Source of the DNA: Amoebophrya sp. A120
Taxonomy: Eukaryota > Protista > Dinoflagellata
Assembly (NCBI GenBank): GCA_905178155.1
Contig: CAJINV010000002.1
Span: forward strand, 2,043,216 to 2,107,215
Reading direction: 5' to 3'
Length of the DNA stretch: 64,000 nt
This document shows, piece by piece, positions 11,663 to 24,156 of this stretch. Below the pieces are notes generated by a model. That model saw only the letters and a program-made list of their open reading frames with translations, made no database searches and had not been told where the DNA came from. The stretch's first letter is position 1. The number at the start of each line of letters is the position of its first letter. Position numbers and translations under genes: made by a program.

Positions 11663-13970
11663 CTCGGCGCGCAATATTGCGGCGCGGGCGGAGCAAGCTT
11701 GGCACCTTCCACGAGGCCCAGCGCAGTCGGTTGCCTCACCGCTGCCGTTCGCGGCGAGGCGCTCTGTCTGCGTTGCGCATCGGACCTGCTCGCCCCCCGG
11801 GCGCCGCGCGGCTCACAGCCTGTGCCCCCGCAGGCGCAGGAGGAACCCGGGCAAGTCGGGCTATCAAAGGCGAACGAAGCGAGCGCCTAATGGCTTCGCT
11901 CTTCACATACCGTCTTCAAGGTAAATGCGCCGCTTCTGCGCCCTCAAAAAGGTAGGACTCTCTTCGCTCAGGCCAGCTTTGCGGCTAGTGTCATGTTTCA
12001 CTCGTGCTCCTCCTTCCGAAACGCTTTTATCTCTACTTTGTATTTGTTCGCTCAACACAAATACAAAACGGCACAACGATATTAAAAAACTGCTCCTCGT
12101 CTCCGAACTCCCACACAACAAGAAGATCACGGTGAACAAGAACGCACCAAATGCACGTAGAAACCGACTAGCTCGTCTAGTAACACACGGGTGGTCAAGG
12201 TCATCATTGACTGTTTCTTACGTCAGACAGGCAGCATGGCCACTGCTCGGCCAGGGGCCGATAGCAAGCTAGGCAACGCGCACCGGGCGGCGCCAACAAA
12301 TTAATACGGCCGCCCCCGAAAACCACGCGCGCGGGCGCCCACCCAGCACCCACTGCACGCAGGCAGCAAAAAGCTAAGCAACAAACCACATCACGCGGGC
12401 GGCCGGCGTGCACCACACACACGCCCGCCCACGGAGGCCCGGCCAGGCGCACAGAGCTAGGCCGTCCGCCGCCCGGGGCCAATTCATGGCGGCGCGCTGG
12501 CGCAACCACCAAGCAAAAGCAGGGCCGGAGGCGTACACATCACGGACCCCGCCCGGCCAAGAGGTCGCGGGCGCGCGCGCGCGAGCCAACCGGCGCCAAC
12601 ATGGGCAAACACACGCACACCGCTGCGCTGGTGTCGAAGCCGAGGTAGTACGGCTGCGCTAAGAAAGTGGCGGCTTCGCAATGACTGTTGACTGTGTCAA
12701 TCTCTGCGCATCGGCCCATTTTTCGCCGTCGGCATCTTCTTCCATTTTTCTGCATCTGCGACATTTTCGTCGGCTTTTGCGTTTTGGCCGGCTCGCGCTT
12801 CATTGGCGGGGCCCCTGCAAGCGGGGCGGGCTGCTTGCGCCCTCACCCCTGGCGCCCGCTCCAGCGCCGCGCGATTCGTCGTCTGCGCCTCGCGGGCGCA
12901 GGGGGGCTCCGGACAGCTGCGCCACCACAGGCGCGAGCAACGCCCGGGAGTAACTACACAACAAATTAGCTCGCATAAGATCTACATCTAGGCACTTCGC
13001 TTCTACTCCCTCAAAACGGGCTCTCATCACCCAGGCCAACTCATCTTGTGTCCGTACTATGTTTTTCGTTCGCGCTCCTGCCAAAGGGCTTCCACAGCAC
13101 TACCTTCTGCTCCTGGCACTTGTTAAACAAAAAGCATGAATTATTATTTTTCTTCTAGACTTAGGCATACGTAGAACAAGGCGAGGACCCTACCAAAGGA
13201 ACGTCCTGATCTGTGGCTGCTTTTTTTTCAATCGCTCGGTTTTTTGTCTTGCTACTGACTTTGCTAGGTGACGTTGGACCACAGCGATTCCACAACTGCG
13301 TACGTTGTTCAATTTCCGTTATTTTCAAGAATCTTTGCTTGGGGCTACCAAGCCTCCTCTCGTTGGACGTGGCGCGCCAACGATGAAAGGGGTGTAATGC
13401 GGAGGTGAAATAAGGGTAAGCGTAAGCCAGAACTTCGTCTTCGTGGGGTATTTTTGAGGCTTCATTATCAAGACAGAAGTGAAAGAGAAAGTACGTAAAT
13501 CCGCCGCCAAATAAATGAGTCCTACGGGGGTCGCAAATAATCTGAACAGTTCAAAGATTGGTTGGTAAACAGTTGCAACGTGAGAAGCTGCAGAGGTCCC
13601 GTGAGCTAGACAAGTTTACTTCTTCCGCACGAGCGTCTTGCAACAGCAAAACGCCCGAGGCACTGAAAGTTCGCTTGTCTGCTTGTTCCAATCAACAGTA
13701 GAGTGCAGCGAAGAAGGTAAATTTGTAGCGCGAGGAGCCTCAATATCAGGAGCTCGCTAAAGACTTTCTGAAACAAAGCTCGGTCATTGATACGTAAATT
13801 TGCGCGTCGGTGTGAGATCAGTGAACGAGCTACGTTTCAAGCTGTCTTTTCTTATTGCTACTAAACGTGAAGTAATGAGGCGTGAAGCATCAACATCAAA
13901 CATCAAGGAATCGTGATTTTTTCTTGAAGCGTAGTTGTCACCACGCTTAATACAGTTACAACCAGTTGTC

Positions 13971-15002
13971 CTAGTTTCCGTAACCGTAGATCTGCCGTCC
14001 GCGCCTTTTCAACGCGTTTACGATGTCGCTTGGCTTCACGGTAGACCGCTTTGCGTGGGTGGTGTAGGTCAGCGCGTCTTGTAATGTTGATTCCAGGAAG
14101 AAACCCATCGCGTCACCTGAAGATAGGTTTTCAAGAAGTTGAAGTACAAACATCATAGGTTTCAAATGCAATTCAGCATGACAAACAACGCATCTTGTGT
14201 GTTGGGAGCATGACAAAAAAAAAACAGCAAATCAAATCCCATCAAATACGGCAGTCCTTGTGTATTTTCGCCGATATTCTTTTCACGCCTCCTCTCCTCG
14301 CTAACCTCCTGATTGCTGCTTTGCCCAAGCCCTTCATTCGCTCTTCTCGACCCTCGGCGAGTTTCGGCATGTCTGCCTGAAACTCGAACTTCTTGTTTGC
14401 CTGAAGAGGAAGACCGCCGAGACCACCTTGCGCGTCCGTTCCCATCTTGGATCCGAAGGCCTGATAAAAGTTTTCTTTTTTTTTTTGTGTAGTGTATTTT
14501 ATGCAGCATGACAGACACTAGATGAGTTTGCTTTTCATGCATGACAAGTGGCAAAAACCCTCTTCTATACGTCGAATGCGCCCTTCATCTGCTGGTAATC
14601 CATATCGATCTTGTCGAATCCCTGCATCAGTGATGAGGTGGCTTTTTTGCTCTTATCGTTTGCGTTTCCGAACTTGGCACCGCCCCGTGCACTTGCGCTC
14701 CTGAGTTGAATCGAGTATAGGCATGTTTGAAGACAGAAACTTCTGTTGCCTCTGAGACAGATGTGTCATGCAAAAACGCATGACAAGTTCATCACGTTCA
14801 ACAACCCAAAACTGCTTGAATATGCTAGATATCCATTTTTAGTATACCCGTAATTCGGATCTGCAAATCCCATGTCGCCATATGGTGTGTAGCTGGACTG
14901 GCTCTTTTGCTGCTTGTCCAGCATATTCCTCTGCTTGTCCATGGTGGAAGCCGCCTTTTTATCGCCCCCTCCCAGGCCGGGGAGGTACTCGTAGGGATTC
15001 AT
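13971..15002 (-). CDS. Divergent histone H4-like protein with long N-terminal extension (~213 aa, 4 exons)
   Basis: [17 protein letters not shown] and [41 protein letters not shown] match the H4 fold. GT-AG introns 14117-14249, 14461-14570 and 14701-14847 give a continuous 642-nt frame. Confidence 0.88.
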
Positions 15003-15693
15003 TTTTGGCTGATAATTTGCTGACGACACAACTACAAGGGAGCTCGTCAGATGGAAATTCTAACTTCGTGTTCGTTTTCGGTTGTTTCCTTTTCCTATTG
15101 CTCTTCCGTACAAAAAAAACTTTGTTCGGTTGCAAATGTTGTCACGACCATTAGATGTTGAGGGGAGCTGTTGATGCTGATGCAAGAATCGTACATCATG
15201 ATACATGATTTTCTTCACGACATGCTGCAATAAAAATCTAAATGATTTTTCGTACTACGTCGAATAAAAGCTACTAGCATCGAGGAGCCACCACGTGCCA
15301 ACTCAACCTACTCATACTCTCCCGGCCACTACCTGACCGTAAGGCAGTGTAGTCAGTGGCGTCCCTCTCTGGACATAGTCTCTCAACATCTTTCGACAAC
15401 ACGTCGATAGTTTGATTCGAAATCGAACAAGCGAAAGCGATGGCCAGTGCTGTCGTGGTCTTACATCAGACGAAGTTTATTTCATCCTGTCTAGCGAGCG
15501 CACATGAAAAGCAAGTGCAAGTACGACTCGCACTATAAACGTGGCGAAGGAATGGACGAGACTCAAGAACTGTCACTGGTACATTCAACGTCTTCACGAC
15601 CCAGCTGCGCACGACGAAATTGATGGACTGAAGAAGTACACGTTGAGGTTGACTATGACTTGATAACTTGTGCGCAGGTACACTATATCTACT

Positions 15694-17179
15694 TCACGTT
15701 GTCTGTGTCTGTTGCACTTGACTTTCCAACACACAAGCCTCCCATAGGATTCCACAGAAATCCCCAAAACAAACTAACCCCTTCACCGGCACAACCAATT
15801 CCTCCAAATTCCGGTAATCGATATTCGTCTTCGTAATCATAATCGAGCCGACGAAGGAAGTCTTCTGCCGCTTTTTCATTTCAATATCGTAGTAATTCTG
15901 CTCGGAGTCGAAAAGCTTTTGCGTGCAGATTCTAACTGCAGTTTTGGAAGGGAGCCTGGTCGTGGTGGAAGTTTGTATTGCTGGCATTGGTTCACGACCT
16001 TGTTGTTCTGTTTGCTCGTCCTGCGACTGCTCGGGGGCTTCGTCTGCCTCAGGTCTTTTGGCTGCTTGGGTTGGCGAAGTGACGGAAGACGGGAATCCGG
16101 GCTCGGCGGCGAGGATCTGGGATGATTTTTGAAACCAAATGCGATTTGTCATGCGCTTTTTTTTTTAGTTTGACATGCAGCAGCAGTTATTTGTCTACTT
16201 TGTCTTTGCAACTACACAGAAAACTTGACTATACGTCTTCCACAAGTCGCTTTTCCGGAGCGCCACCTGCTGCCGCTGCAGCTCCACCAGCGTCTTGTTT
16301 CTCATCACCTTCAACGTTCATCGCACCATCGACTTCGTTCTTTCCACCGCGGCCATTGACCACTCCCAGCCCCCACAATCTCGTCGCTTCGTGGTGAAAT
16401 TTCAGCAACTCGAATACACTGTGGAGTAGATCCGCAAATAATCTGAACGGGATCGTCACCTCCGTGTTCTGCAATTTCTGCAGCAACTGCTGTTTCGGCT
16501 TCAACGTCGCGGGGACGTTGTCTAGTAATAGATTTATCAGCAATTTCACGTCCAATTTCTCGGGCTCCACGTTCTGTAGCATTTGGAGTTGCTCCTGGTT
16601 TGGATTACTAGTGTTTGTCCCGCTGATGTGCATCACAGAATGTAGCATCGCTGTGGAGGTGGAGCAGAGCCGGACATACGCGTCGTAAATCAGCTCATCT
16701 AATTTGGTTGTGGTTCTGCTCGTTATTCCTCCCTGCTGAGGATCGGCGGTTTGTAGGAACAGGTCGGAGGAAGAGGACGATGAAGGGAGCTGGGCTGCTG
16801 ACGATGCTGACCCCGTGGAGGTCCTACCACCGCCAAAACAATCTGATCCCTCCGCGTACAGCTTTCGAAAGGCGAAACATCTGTAGGCTTCGCAAATCCC
16901 CCCGCCGTTGATGACCGAGGTGAGTTTGAAATACAGGTGGAGAAAGAGCAACGGATTCGGGTGCCTAGTTTCTAGAAGAAGTTGTAGTGCCTGGCGCACG
17001 TAGGGGAGGAGAAGGCGGGTTGTGGGGTTTATGGGGGTGGTTGAGGTCGTTGTGATCTTATTCGCGGTTGAGGAAGAAGAGCCGGCGGTTGTGGTCGTTG
17101 GGCCGTCTTTGTCGGCAATGGCGTGGTGATGATCGTGGCCGGAGTTTATGTGGGACGACGACATAATGGCAGAGGTCAT
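15694..17179 (-). CDS. TPGS1-like protein (tubulin polyglutamylase complex subunit 1-like, RIIa/Dpy-30-type N-terminal motif)
   Basis: YVRQALQLLLETRHPNPLLFLHLYF and TIPFRLFADLLHSVFELLKFHHEATRLW resemble TPGS1 as I recall it. GT-AG intron 16117-16234 joins the two ORFs. Confidence 0.6.
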
Positions 17180-17920
17180 GGGCCCTGAAAGTGGCTACAG
17201 CGGATACACGAAAAACAGAAGACACGAGGATGGCGCAAACGGGTCAATCAAAAATGGAAAAGGAAGAGCTCCTTAGCCATATGTTGCACAAGTACAAAGA
17301 CTCACGACCACAATGATGGGAGGGTGACTGATGGCATAGGCCGACATTGCACTTGCAACACATCTGGCCCGAGTAACAATACGAATACTAGACCGAAGCT
17401 GAAGGGCTACTGCATGCAGATCCTACAAACAGGACACAGACATGGCAGCATGCGAGCTACCGTCCTGTCGAACCAAAATTCGGGGAAAGAACACAGCGCG
17501 CACAGGCTGGCAGCCGGGCGGGCAGCGGAGGCTGGCGGCGACAGCTATTTCCCCGCGGCTCTTTTGTTTGTTGAAGAATACCAGAGAGAAGAGCGGATGC
17601 GGAGATTTCAAAGGCAGAGAAAGGCTCCGACCGACCCCGCACACAACCACATGGCGGAGTATGCTCGCACGCTCGCAATATGGAAAAACGGCCGCGCGCG
17701 CGCGCCACCATCACTCGCACTCGCATGCAGCCTTCCCAAACAATGGATGTAGAAAAGCGCCCGCGGTGTTCTCAACAAACTGCAAGCCCGCCGGCCCGTC
17801 CCGACCCACCGTGGACGCACGGCGGCAGAATGAATACGAGGGGCCCAAAAAAAAGCCGGGGCTCGCCGCCAAGCATGCAAGGGCGGGCCATGCGACGGGC
17901 CGACCAGCGCAAGCCCCGCA

Positions 17921-19149
17921 GTCAGGCGGCCCACCCCGGGCAAGCTCCCGGCTATAATTCCCCTGTAATTCACTGTTAATTTTCCAGGTGACCTGGTACG
18001 CCTCGCCCCGCTTTTATATTCAAGGCGGAAGCAGGAGGACACACGGCGACGCAGGGCGCAGACCACCAACGAGGACAAAAGACTCCCCGAGGGCATGTCG
18101 TGCGGGGATTTCGCGTGGGGAAAACACCACGGCGCGGCCGCCCGCCCCCCCAAGCAGATGGCGAATACACACGGCGCCACTCTACGGGACAACACCCCGG
18201 GGCTCTTCCTTTTGGGGCCAAGAAAAAAACAGGGGGCGCCCCAAAAGGATGAACATACGACACATGGGCGCCCCGGAAAACCCAAAACGAGACGGGCCAC
18301 AAACCCCGGAACCAACCCCAAGGGGCTTGGCGGTATGGCGCGCCGGAAACCACGCGAAACCCTGCGGGGCCAAAGGACCTCCTCCACCGCGCCGGGAGCC
18401 GCCCTTTCCGGACGGAAGGCGTGGCCAACCTCAAGGAGGCAAGACCGCGATAATTCCGCGGCCGGGTTCCGTTAATTGTACTGTTGATTTTTCTGTTAAA
18501 TTTTTCCGTTAATTTCCGGGGGCTCGATTTCCCTCACGAATCGCCTCAAAAGGAAACTAACGGAAAAACTTAACGGGAAAATTAACGGCATACTTAACGG
18601 AATTCTGCGCCAACTTATCTCCGGAATTTACCGGAGAATTACCCGAACAACGCCCCGGCCCAAAAGAAAACCAGACGGTTGGCGGCAAAATACAAAAGGA
18701 CCCCTGGGCGAGTCATCCACCAAAGGCGTCCGCCCAACATACACACCACGCCCCGCCCTCTTTTGTCGATAATGGTCAATGGGGCGCGCGTAGGGACACA
18801 ACACGAACGACCCCCAACCCAATGTCCCCCAACCAGCATCCCCCTGCCGCCTAACAAAGAACACAACACCGGGGCGGAGGGTTACGGGGCCGGAACGATC
18901 CGAGGGCGACTCTGCCTGGGGCCTTGGCCCCGGAAAACCCGAGCGGGGGAAACATGGAAAACCCAAAGGCGACCGGGCCCGAGAGAGGGAGCCCATAAGC
19001 TTTCCGCAAACTGCGGGCGACTGCCTCGGGCACCCGCCACCCCAAGCAAGGAAGCTAAGCTACTGGCGCAGAAGGTCCCCAGTCTTGGAATTAGCGTCAT
19101 TTTATTGGAATTTTACCGCCCCGATTTTGCCCGGGGTGGGCCGCCTGAC
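17921..19149. mobile_element. Non-autonomous TIR element (GTCAG end, 4-bp TSD) in a GC-rich island
   Basis: Perfect 23-bp TIR GTCAGGCGGCCCACCCCGGGCAA at 17921-17943 and 19127-19149. cgca on both flanks. Central CCGTTAA/TTAACGG array. Confidence 0.8.
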
Positions 19150-20073
19150 CGCAGAACCACCGCGCCGGCGCGCGCCGCGGCGGGCGATTTTGCAAAAGTG
19201 GCGCGCAAGGGCAGACGCGCACAAGGGCCAACAAGGCCAAGCGGAGCAATGGCGGCAGGCAGGGGGCGGCGCGCGACCGGCATGGGGTCAACGAATTTGC
19301 TCGGGGCAGTAAGGCCTTCCATGAGCCGGGCGCGCCGTCTCGCCTTTCCAGTTTCTTTCTACTTGAGCCGCTTTCGGTGGTCCGGGCGCAGCACTGCCGC
19401 CAGGCAGGGAAGGGCCGGGCGGCCCCCCAGACTTAGCGCAAGCGCCGCCGCGGCCCTTGCACTTGCCCACGCCTCAAGAGCGGCTCCTTCCCGCCAAGAA
19501 CGGAAGACGCAGTAGGTAGCCTTACTGGCTGCCCACGTGCGCCAGCCGCGCGCTCACACACAGCGCACGGATTTGGGGAGCGCCGTGATTGAGTGGCGCC
19601 ATGAATGGCGCCAGGCCACCGGGCGGGCCAAGTTTCCGAGGCTCACCGCGATAGATACCCCCCGCCGCCGCCGCCTCTCGGCGCGCATTCCTTCGCCCAA
19701 ATCGGGGCCCTTTCCGCCGCACGATGGCGCGGCTCGTGGCTTCGTTCAGGCGGTTTCCTGGGATCGTATTGGTTCCGCGGTCCTTGACGGCATCAAGGGA
19801 CTAAGGAACAACAGGCCTTCTACACGAAGAACACCTCAGGCAGCACTCGGCTGCAGAATTGTCGTGGCTTTGCAGAAACGATGTCCGGAGTTCAGCAGCA
19901 GGAGCAACATCACTGCTCTTCAAGAAAATGAGGTATCGGACTATTCTCGCAGGCGCGTCTTATTAAATCGGAGGTGCGCGAGATCTTCTTGGTGATCATG
20001 ACAGAAATCTCGACAAGCGATTCATGTGCCTTACCACCTCCATGTCATCACCTAAATTCTTGTAAGCTTGCTT

Positions 20074-23000
20074 TCACCTCGCAACATCCTTCAAATTCCT
20101 TTCCACGGGCAAACTGTCAAAATCTCCTCCCTCGTTGTCACAAATCAACGCCACCACCTGTTCTACGTTCTTTGTCTGCGCCAATCCCCAAATCGCCTGT
20201 CTCTCTTGAAAGCCCAAGTTGCAGATCTGCGCAATTTCCGCGGGGTACCTGTTTGCGTTTTGATAGTTTTCATCAACCGGTGTATATCAAGAGACCTGCC
20301 ATGCAATCATTCGTGGAGAACAACGATTCATACACAAGAACATACCGCTCTTTTATCCCTCTCTTCCAGGCCGGCGGCACTTTTGCTGCAGCACCCGCGC
20401 TAGATGTCGACTTCCCGCTGTTTTCCATATCCCCGTCCTTCCCCACCGGACTTCCGCCGGCACTGTGTCTCGCCTTCAAATCCTGCATGGAAGCTTCCAT
20501 CGCCCGTTTCAGTTCCTGCTGATACCTGATTTCATCCGGTGAAGGGACTAACTCCTGCAGAACATCCTGGTCCGCGTCGTTTTGCTGCAGATTCTGCGTT
20601 GCTGGCACTTCTCCTGCACGATTTTGTGGTGCACCTACTACAACATCCTCACTCATCCTTCTTGACCCAGCTCCTCCGGGGGTCGAACCCGCTACACTGG
20701 ATGACTTCGCTTTCGGTTGCGGAAACAGCTGTGACCCCGGGGGTAAGCCAACACTCAATCCCGCACCGACGACCGGGTTTGGCTGCGGAAAATAATTCAA
20801 ATTCTGTTGCGACAGTCTCACCACACCCGGGGCAAGCACCTGCTGCTGCATCTGCTGTTGCTGCTGCTGTTGCTGCTGCAACATGGCTGCTTCCTTAGCC
20901 GCCTTCTGTTGCATCCGACTCTCGTGCAGTTTGTCGAAATCAAACCCCGGTTGGAAATTGACCGAGTTCTCCGCGTTGGTGAAACTATTTCTCGGCACAG
21001 CCGGGTTATGACCACCAGCAGAAGTCCCGGCGCCGGCTGTGACAAAGGGCTGCACGACTTTTGGCGCGAAGCTGAAGGGGTTGGAACTGGTGATGTTTTT
21101 CGGCCCCGTGTACTCCACCGTTTCTTTCAAAGACGCCCGCTTCGGTTTTATCGGCAACGCATTGTCGTTTTCGTCAAACTGGTCTTCAGTAGTTTGTTCC
21201 GAAATTTGAAACACGCCGGGCGCTAACGGCTTCGCGCTTGGAGCGAGTGTTTGCGGTGGCAGAGTAACGCTTTTCACAAGCGGTTGCTGGGGCTGCTGCT
21301 GCAATTGCTGCTGCTGCTGTTGTCCTATCGCGGGGGCCAGCACACTTCCGCCATGCTGCGCATTCACGCGCAAGTTGTATTGCGGTAAAGCAGCAGACCC
21401 GGAACTCGCAGCACCACCGGAGGACAGATGCGTCGGGGTGAATTCCTGGTCCGATTGACTCTGACTCCGCCTCCCCGAATTTCTACCACTCCCGGCCGCG
21501 ATGGGGAAAGCGGCTTGAGGGGAAATCTTCTCCACCGACGAAACCGTGCTGCCCCGAGATGGTAGGTTCGTCTCCTTCGTCTTCTGAGAACCGGAAGAAC
21601 TAGTACCGGCGGCGACCGCGCCACCAGCTGAGGGAATCGAGTTGTTCATGTTGTTTTCGTATTGTTTCCTCAACTCATGTTCCATTTTTAACTTCTCCAA
21701 CTCCAATTTCCTGGCGAATTCAAACTCCATCTGCTTTTTCTGCATCTCCAACTGCTTTTTCTGTTCCTCCACAGACATTTGCGACTTTCTCATCGTTTCT
21801 TCCATCAAGATCCGTTGCTGCTCCTGTTGCGAAATCAAATTCTTCTTCCGAATTTCATCCTCCTTTTTGATAATTTCATACTGCTTCAAAATCCTCTGCT
21901 CCGCCAGTTTTTCCCGGTCTTCGAGTTGTTTTTCCTTTTGCTGGAGCTGTTGTAGTTGTTTCTGGTAGTTCGCGTCGTCGGATGCTGTCGTAGCTGTGCA
22001 GAATTCCAGCCATTCGCGGAGCTTCTGGACGACGTCGGTGAATTTCGGCCGGACTTGCTCGGAATTGTTGACGCATTTGAGAGCAAAGGTGCCGACTAAG
22101 GCGAGGAGTTGATGGTCCGGGGGCCAATTTGCGGTTGGGTCGACCATGTCGAAGAGGAGCTGGCTATGCACTGCAAAAGCATCGCACTCGTATTAATTGC
22201 AAACATTCGTTCGTTCGTTGTGGATCGGCTCTGCCGACCGGGTAACCCAACGCCTTGCATACAAGTGACCGACTTAGGCGAACCCCGTTGCGGGACATAC
22301 AAATTGGCCGTACGGAAGGGCCCTAAGCGCTACATACATAGTTCACCCTAAGCGCCTACCACTTCGGTCTGGGACCTCGTCTACCTGATCCTGGGGGTCC
22401 ACAGCGCACTAGCCCTTTGCTAGCATAAACATGCTTGAGAAATGCCAGTCTTAAGCAAGATCAGCATTACAAATTCAGGTTTTATTGCTTCCGAAAAATT
22501 TTGTATTGCAATTTCCACGGTATGTGATTTAGCTTTTGCACTTCATATTGGTGGTTTTTCATCAACTGCGTGAACTGGTACTCAATCTTCCCGTCCGGCA
22601 TTTGCAATGCCGGTGGTTTTGCGGTCAAAATTTCCAGCATCACCATGCCGAAGCTGTAGATTTCTGATTTTTCCGTGACAATCGATGTGTTGATGTACAA
22701 AGGGTCCGCGTAGCCGATCGTCCCACTTGTGTGTTCCACCTTCACACCCCCGCTACCACCACTACTAGAGCTGGTTTTGTAATTTTTCCCGCTTGACGTT
22801 TCCTCCGCCAGTAACGCTAACCCGAAATCCGCCATTTTCGCCGTTCCGTTCCTATCCAACAAGATGTTCTGCGACTTGATATCTCGGTGAAAAACCTGCG
22901 GTGTCGCGCAGTGGAGGTGTGCTAAACCTAGAGCGGAGTCCAGCAAAATCGACAGTCTTTCCTTGTAACTCAACGGTTTGATTTGTTGTTGCCCCGGTTT

Positions 23001-24156
23001 TGTTGTTGAATTTGTCACGTCCAACATCGTCAACCTGGAACAAATATGAGCTGCAAAAGTATCGCATTCGCACTCGTATAAATGCATTACAAATTTCCTT
23101 AGTTTGCATGAGAAATAAAATTTGTAATGCGGATATACCTTGGAAAAAGGATTTGCAATGCATGGTTGCAATACGAGTGCGATACTTTTGCACAGGATAA
23201 CAGACATCCGCTTCGAGTAGCTCGTAAATCAAACACCTTTCCTTGTTTTTCCCCCGCGCGAAGCCCATTAATATCACCAAATTCGGATGACGAAATTTGG
23301 ACAACACCTCCACCTCCTCTTTAAACCCCGATTCCTTCGGGTAGTTCAACACTTTGATCGCAACATTCGTGCCATCTTTCAACGTTCCTCGGAACACCGC
23401 ACCGTACGTTCCCTTTCCAAGTTGGTTGTTCGGGTGGAAGTTCCTCGTCGCCTTGAGAATTTCTTCCCAGCTGTACTCTAAAGCGAGCTTGTTCAGAGCG
23501 GCGTCGGTGGGAGGGATCATTTTGAAGAGGATGCAGAAGTTGCTGGAGGGAAAACGAAGATGCGGAGGGAGGTCGTGGTCGTGCGAAAGAAGTTCAACTA
23601 CGAAAGACAAGAAGAAGAACGACGATTACTCCGAACTACCCGCACCAGACCTACCCCCCGTCCTCCCACTCCCCGGTGGCGTATCGCCCGAATTCGCGTT
23701 CGCAGCCAACGCTCGCAACCGCGCGCTCCCGGTGAATTCGCCGGAATTTAAAGGTATGACCGGTGGGGGGGGTCGGATCACCCGGACGTTGCCGAAGTTT
23801 TGGTTTATGCCGGAACGGGGGTTGTTTAGCGGGGAGGATAAACCGAGAATTGTGCTCGGACTGGATGAAGATGAGGAGGATGACGACGACCCTGTCACCG
23901 TAGCAGAACAAAAATGGTTGATCAGCAACCTGCGCCACTTCACGCAGATGAGAAGACAACAGATGAACGTCGCTATCCGGGCGATCAGGGCAATATCCAG
24001 CGGGATTATATCGAAGATGGTTGGGGTCGTGGTCGTGTCCGGGCCTCCGGACGAGACTGGGCTGGAAGATTTTGATGCGCCAGAATTATGGACGGTATTA
24101 CGAGTAGTCTGCTGTGAAGACGAAGATGGCCCAGACCGTCTGCCGTAGTCGCTCAT
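20074..24156 (-). CDS. RLK/Pelle (IRAK)-type protein kinase with coiled coil, UIM and UBA; possible N-terminal TM exon
   Basis: Motifs YSWEEILKATRNF, LGKGTYGAVFRG, VAIK, HRDIKSQNILLD, DFGLA, GTIGYADP. Two introners plus GT-AG introns 20249-20345 and 23543-23629. Alternative start ATG at 23520. Confidence 0.88.
22165..22547. mobile_element. Introner family B with nested insertion
   Basis: tatgcactgcaaaagc...gcttttgcacttcata. DR ctggc/ttggt. Removal gives KNHQLLFDMVDP. Confidence 0.85.
22207..22426 (-). mobile_element. Putative SINE or 5'-truncated non-LTR fragment
   Basis: Flanked by aaacat at 22201-22206 and 22427-22432. (cgtt)3 microsatellite at one end, an (AACG)n tail on the minus strand. 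Confidence 0.55.
23045..23199. mobile_element. Introner family B (reverse orientation)
   Basis: DR acaaa/acaga. Removal gives EADVCSRLTML inside the kinase domain. Confidence 0.92.

Noticed and set aside
8640-13084. Many overlapping Arg/Pro/Gly-rich ORFs
   Set aside because: Expected by chance in GC-rich DNA. No recognisable domain and no transposase or RT motifs.
17324-19995. ORFs up to 278 aa in the GC-rich island
   Set aside because: Shadow ORFs of a non-coding repeat with no conserved motifs.
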